Of a stretch of 64,000 nt of DNA, positions 60,110-64,000 are shown piece after piece; the stretch's first letter is position 1, and every line of letters starts with the position of its first letter. Under the pieces are notes generated by a model. That model was not told the DNA's origin. It did not search any database and saw nothing but the letters and a program-made list of their open reading frames with translations. A program made the translations under genes and the position numbers. Source of the stretch: Eledone cirrhosa. Taxonomy: Eukaryota. Location: positions 16,058,001 through 16,122,000 of the forward strand of contig OZ024749.1 of NCBI GenBank assembly GCA_964016885.1. Direction: 5' to 3'.

Positions 60110-63100
60110 CTCCACCACCAACACCACTACAGCCACCACTACAGCCACCACCACCAACACCACTACAGCCACCACCAACACCAACACCAGCAACAACACC
60201 ACTACAGCCACCACCAACACCACCAACAGCACCACTACAGCCACCACCAACACCAACACCACCAGCAGCACCACTACAGCCACCACCAACACCAACACCA
60301 GCAACAACACCACTACAGCCACCACCAACACCACCAACAACACCACTACAGCCACCACCAACACCAACACCACTACAGCACCACTACAGCCACCACCAAC
60401 ACCAACACCACCAACAGCACCATTACAGCCACCACCAACACCAACACCACTACAGCCACCACTACAGCCACCACCAACACCAACACCACTACAGCAACCA
60501 CTACAGCCACCACCAACACCAACACCACTACAGCACCACTACAGCCACCACCAACACCAACACCACTACAGCCACCACTACAGCCACCACCAACACCAAC
60601 ACCACTACAGCACCACTACAGCCACCACCAACACCAACAGCACTACAGCCACCACCAACACCACCAACAACACCACTACAGCCACCACCAACACCAACAC
60701 CACTACAGCACCACTACAGCCACCACCAACACCAACACCACCAACAGCACCACTACAGCCACCACCAACACCAACACCACTACAGCCACCACTACAGCCA
60801 CCACCAACACCAACACTACTACAGCACCACTACAGCCACCACCAACACCAACACCACTACAGCCACCACTACAGCCACCACCAACACCAACACCACTACA
60901 GCACCACTACAGCCACCACCAACACCAACACCACTACAGCCACCACCAACACCAACACCACTACAGCCACCACTACAGCCACCACTACAGCCACCACCAA
61001 CACCAACACCACTACAGCCACCGCTACAGCGACCACCAACACCAACACCACTACAGCCACCACTACAGCCACCACCAACACCAACACCACTACAGCCACC
61101 ACTACAGCCACCACTACAGCCACCACCAGCACCAACACCACTACAGCCACCACTACAGCCACCACCAACACCAACACCACTACAGCCACCACTACAGCCA
61201 CGACCAACACCAACAACACCACTACAGCACCACTACAGCCACCACTACAGCCACCACCAACACCAACACCACCAACAGCACCACTACAGCCACCACCAAC
61301 ACCAACACCACCAACAACACCACTACAGCCACCACCAACACCAACACCACCAACAACACCACTACAGCCACCACCAACACCAACACCACCACCAACACCA
61401 CTACAGCACCACTACAGCCACCACTACAGCCACCACTACAGCCACCACCAACACCACCAACAACACCACTACAGCCACCACCAACAACACCACTACAGCC
61501 ACCACCAACACCAACACCACCAACAACACCACTACAGCCACCACTACAGCCACCACTACAGCCACCACCAACACCACTACAGCCACCACTACAGCCACCA
61601 CCAACACCAACACCACCAACAGCACCACTACAACCACCACCAACACCACTACAGCCACCACTACAGCCACCACCAACACCAACACCACTACAGCACCACT
61701 ACAGCCACCACCAACACCAACACCACCAACAGCACCACTACAGCCACCACCAACACCAACACCACCAACAGCACCACTACAGCCACCGACAACACCAACA
61801 CCACCATCAGAACCACTACAGCCACCACCAACACCAACACCACCAACAGCACCACTACAGCCACCACCAACACCAACACCACCAACAGCACCACTACAGC
61901 CACCACCAACACCAACACCACTACAGCACCACTACAGCCACCACCAACACCAACACCACTACAGCACCACTACAGCCACCACCAACACCAACACCACTAC
62001 AGCACCACTACAGCCACCACCAACACCAACACCACTACAGCACCACTACAGCCACCACCAACACCAACACCACTACAGCACCACTACAGCCACCACCAAC
62101 ACTAACACCACTACAGCACCACTACAGCCACCACCAACACCAACACCACCAACAGCACCACTACAGCCACCACCAACACCAACACCACCAACAGCACCAC
62201 TACAGCCACCACCAACACCAACACCACTACAGCACCACTACAGCCACCACCAACACCAACACCACTGCAGCACCACTACAGCCACCACCAACACCAACAC
62301 CACCAACAGCACCACTACAGCCACCACCAACACCAACACCACTACAGCCACCACCAACACCAACACCACTACAGCCACCACCAACACCAGCACCACTACA
62401 GCCACCACCAACACCAACACCACTACAGCCACCACCAACACCAACACCAACAGCACCACTACAGCCACCACCAACACCAACACCACCAACAACACCACTA
62501 CAGCCACCACCAACACCAACACCACTACAGCCACCACTACAGCCACCACCAACACCAACACCACTACAGCCACCACAACAGCCACCACTACAGCCACCAC
62601 CAACACCAACACCACTACAGCCACCACTACAGCCACCACCAACTCCAACACCACCAACAACACCACTACAGCCACCACCAACACCAACACCACTACAGCA
62701 CCACTACAGCCACCACCAACACCAACACCACTACAGCCACCACCAACAACACCAACACCAACACCACTACAGCACCACTACAGCCACCACCAACACCAAC
62801 ACCACTACAGCCACCACTACAGCCACCACCAACACCACCAACAACACCACTACAGCCACCACCAACACCAACACCAGCAACAGCACCACTACAGCCACCA
62901 CCAACACAACCAACACCAACACCACTACAGCACCACTACAGCCACCACCAACACCAACACCACTACAGCCACCACTACAGCCACCACCAACACCAACACC
63001 ACTACAGCCACCACCAACACCAACACCACTACAGCCACCACTACAGCCACCACCAACACAAACACCACTACAGCACCACTACAGCCACCACCAACACCAA

Positions 63101-64000
63101 CACCACTACAGCCACCACCAACACCACCAACAACATCACTACAGCCACCACCAACACCAACACCACTACAACCACCACCAACACCAACACCACTACAGCC
63201 ACCACTACAGCCACCACCAACACCAACACCACCAACAACACCACTACAGCCACCACCAACACCAACACCACGACAGCCACCACTACAGCCACCACCAACA
63301 CCAACACCACTACAGCACCACTACAGCCACCACTACAGCCACCACCAACACCAACACCACCAACAACACCACTACAGCCACCACCAACACCAACACCACG
63401 ACAGCCACCACTACAGCCACCACCAACACCAACACCACGACAGCCACCACTACAGCCACCACCAACACCAACACCACGACAGCCACCACTACAGCCACCA
63501 CCAACACCAACACCACTACAGCACCACTACAGCCACCACCAACACCAACACTACGACAGCACCACTACAGCCACCACCAACACCAACACCACTACAGCAC
63601 CACTACAGCCACCACCAACACCAACACCACTACAGCACCACTACAGCCACCACCAACACCAACACCACTACAGCACCACTACAGCCACCACCAACACCAA
63701 CACCACTACAGCACCACTACAGCCACCACCAACACCAACACCACTACAGCACCACTACAGCCACCACCAACACCACTACAGCACCACTACAGCCACCACC
63801 AACACCAACACCACCAACAGCACCACTACAGCCACCACCAACACCAACACCGCCAACAGCACCACTACAGCCACCACCAACACCAACACCACTACAGCAC
63901 CACTACAGCCACCACCAACACCAACACCACTACAGCACCACTACAGCCACCACCAACACCAACACCACCAACACCACCAACAGCACCACTACAGCCACCA
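60110..64000. repeat. Compound triplet-based satellite (caccactacagc / caccaacaccaa), running off the window
   Basis: Direct reading. A related tract lies at 26020-26730. Confidence 0.95.

Noticed and set aside
59640-63516. 821-aa mucin- or extensin-like ORF and antisense poly-Val ORFs
   Set aside because: This is a triplet-based satellite with frame shifts between Thr, Pro and His phases and no non-repetitive domain or splice context.

Overview
This is AT-rich, microsatellite-saturated metazoan intergenic or intronic DNA. The SINE repertoire points to a cephalopod, probably an octopus (inference). No host gene is recognisable, and almost all ORFs in the supplied track are translations of simple repeats. 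The real coding remnants are three 5'-truncated Penelope-like element (PLE) GIY-YIG regions (2468-2821, 42704-43512, 51776-52410) and one frameshifted CR1-group LINE (47098-50772, minus strand). The main unannotated signal is a dense set of hammerhead ribozymes (HHRs) read by eye: about 25 with a canonical CUGANGA/GAAA core and more than 10 with variant or decayed cores. They sit in many unrelated short non-coding modules wedged between (TA)n tracts. These modules occur as PLE 3' ends, as hairpin insertions with one ribozyme per arm, and as circularly permuted, terminally redundant 520-624 nt units resembling retrozymes or circRNA-derived cDNAs. Many have a loop-less palindromic helix III, which suggests dimeric cleavage. 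Coordinates were counted by hand and may be off by a few nt.
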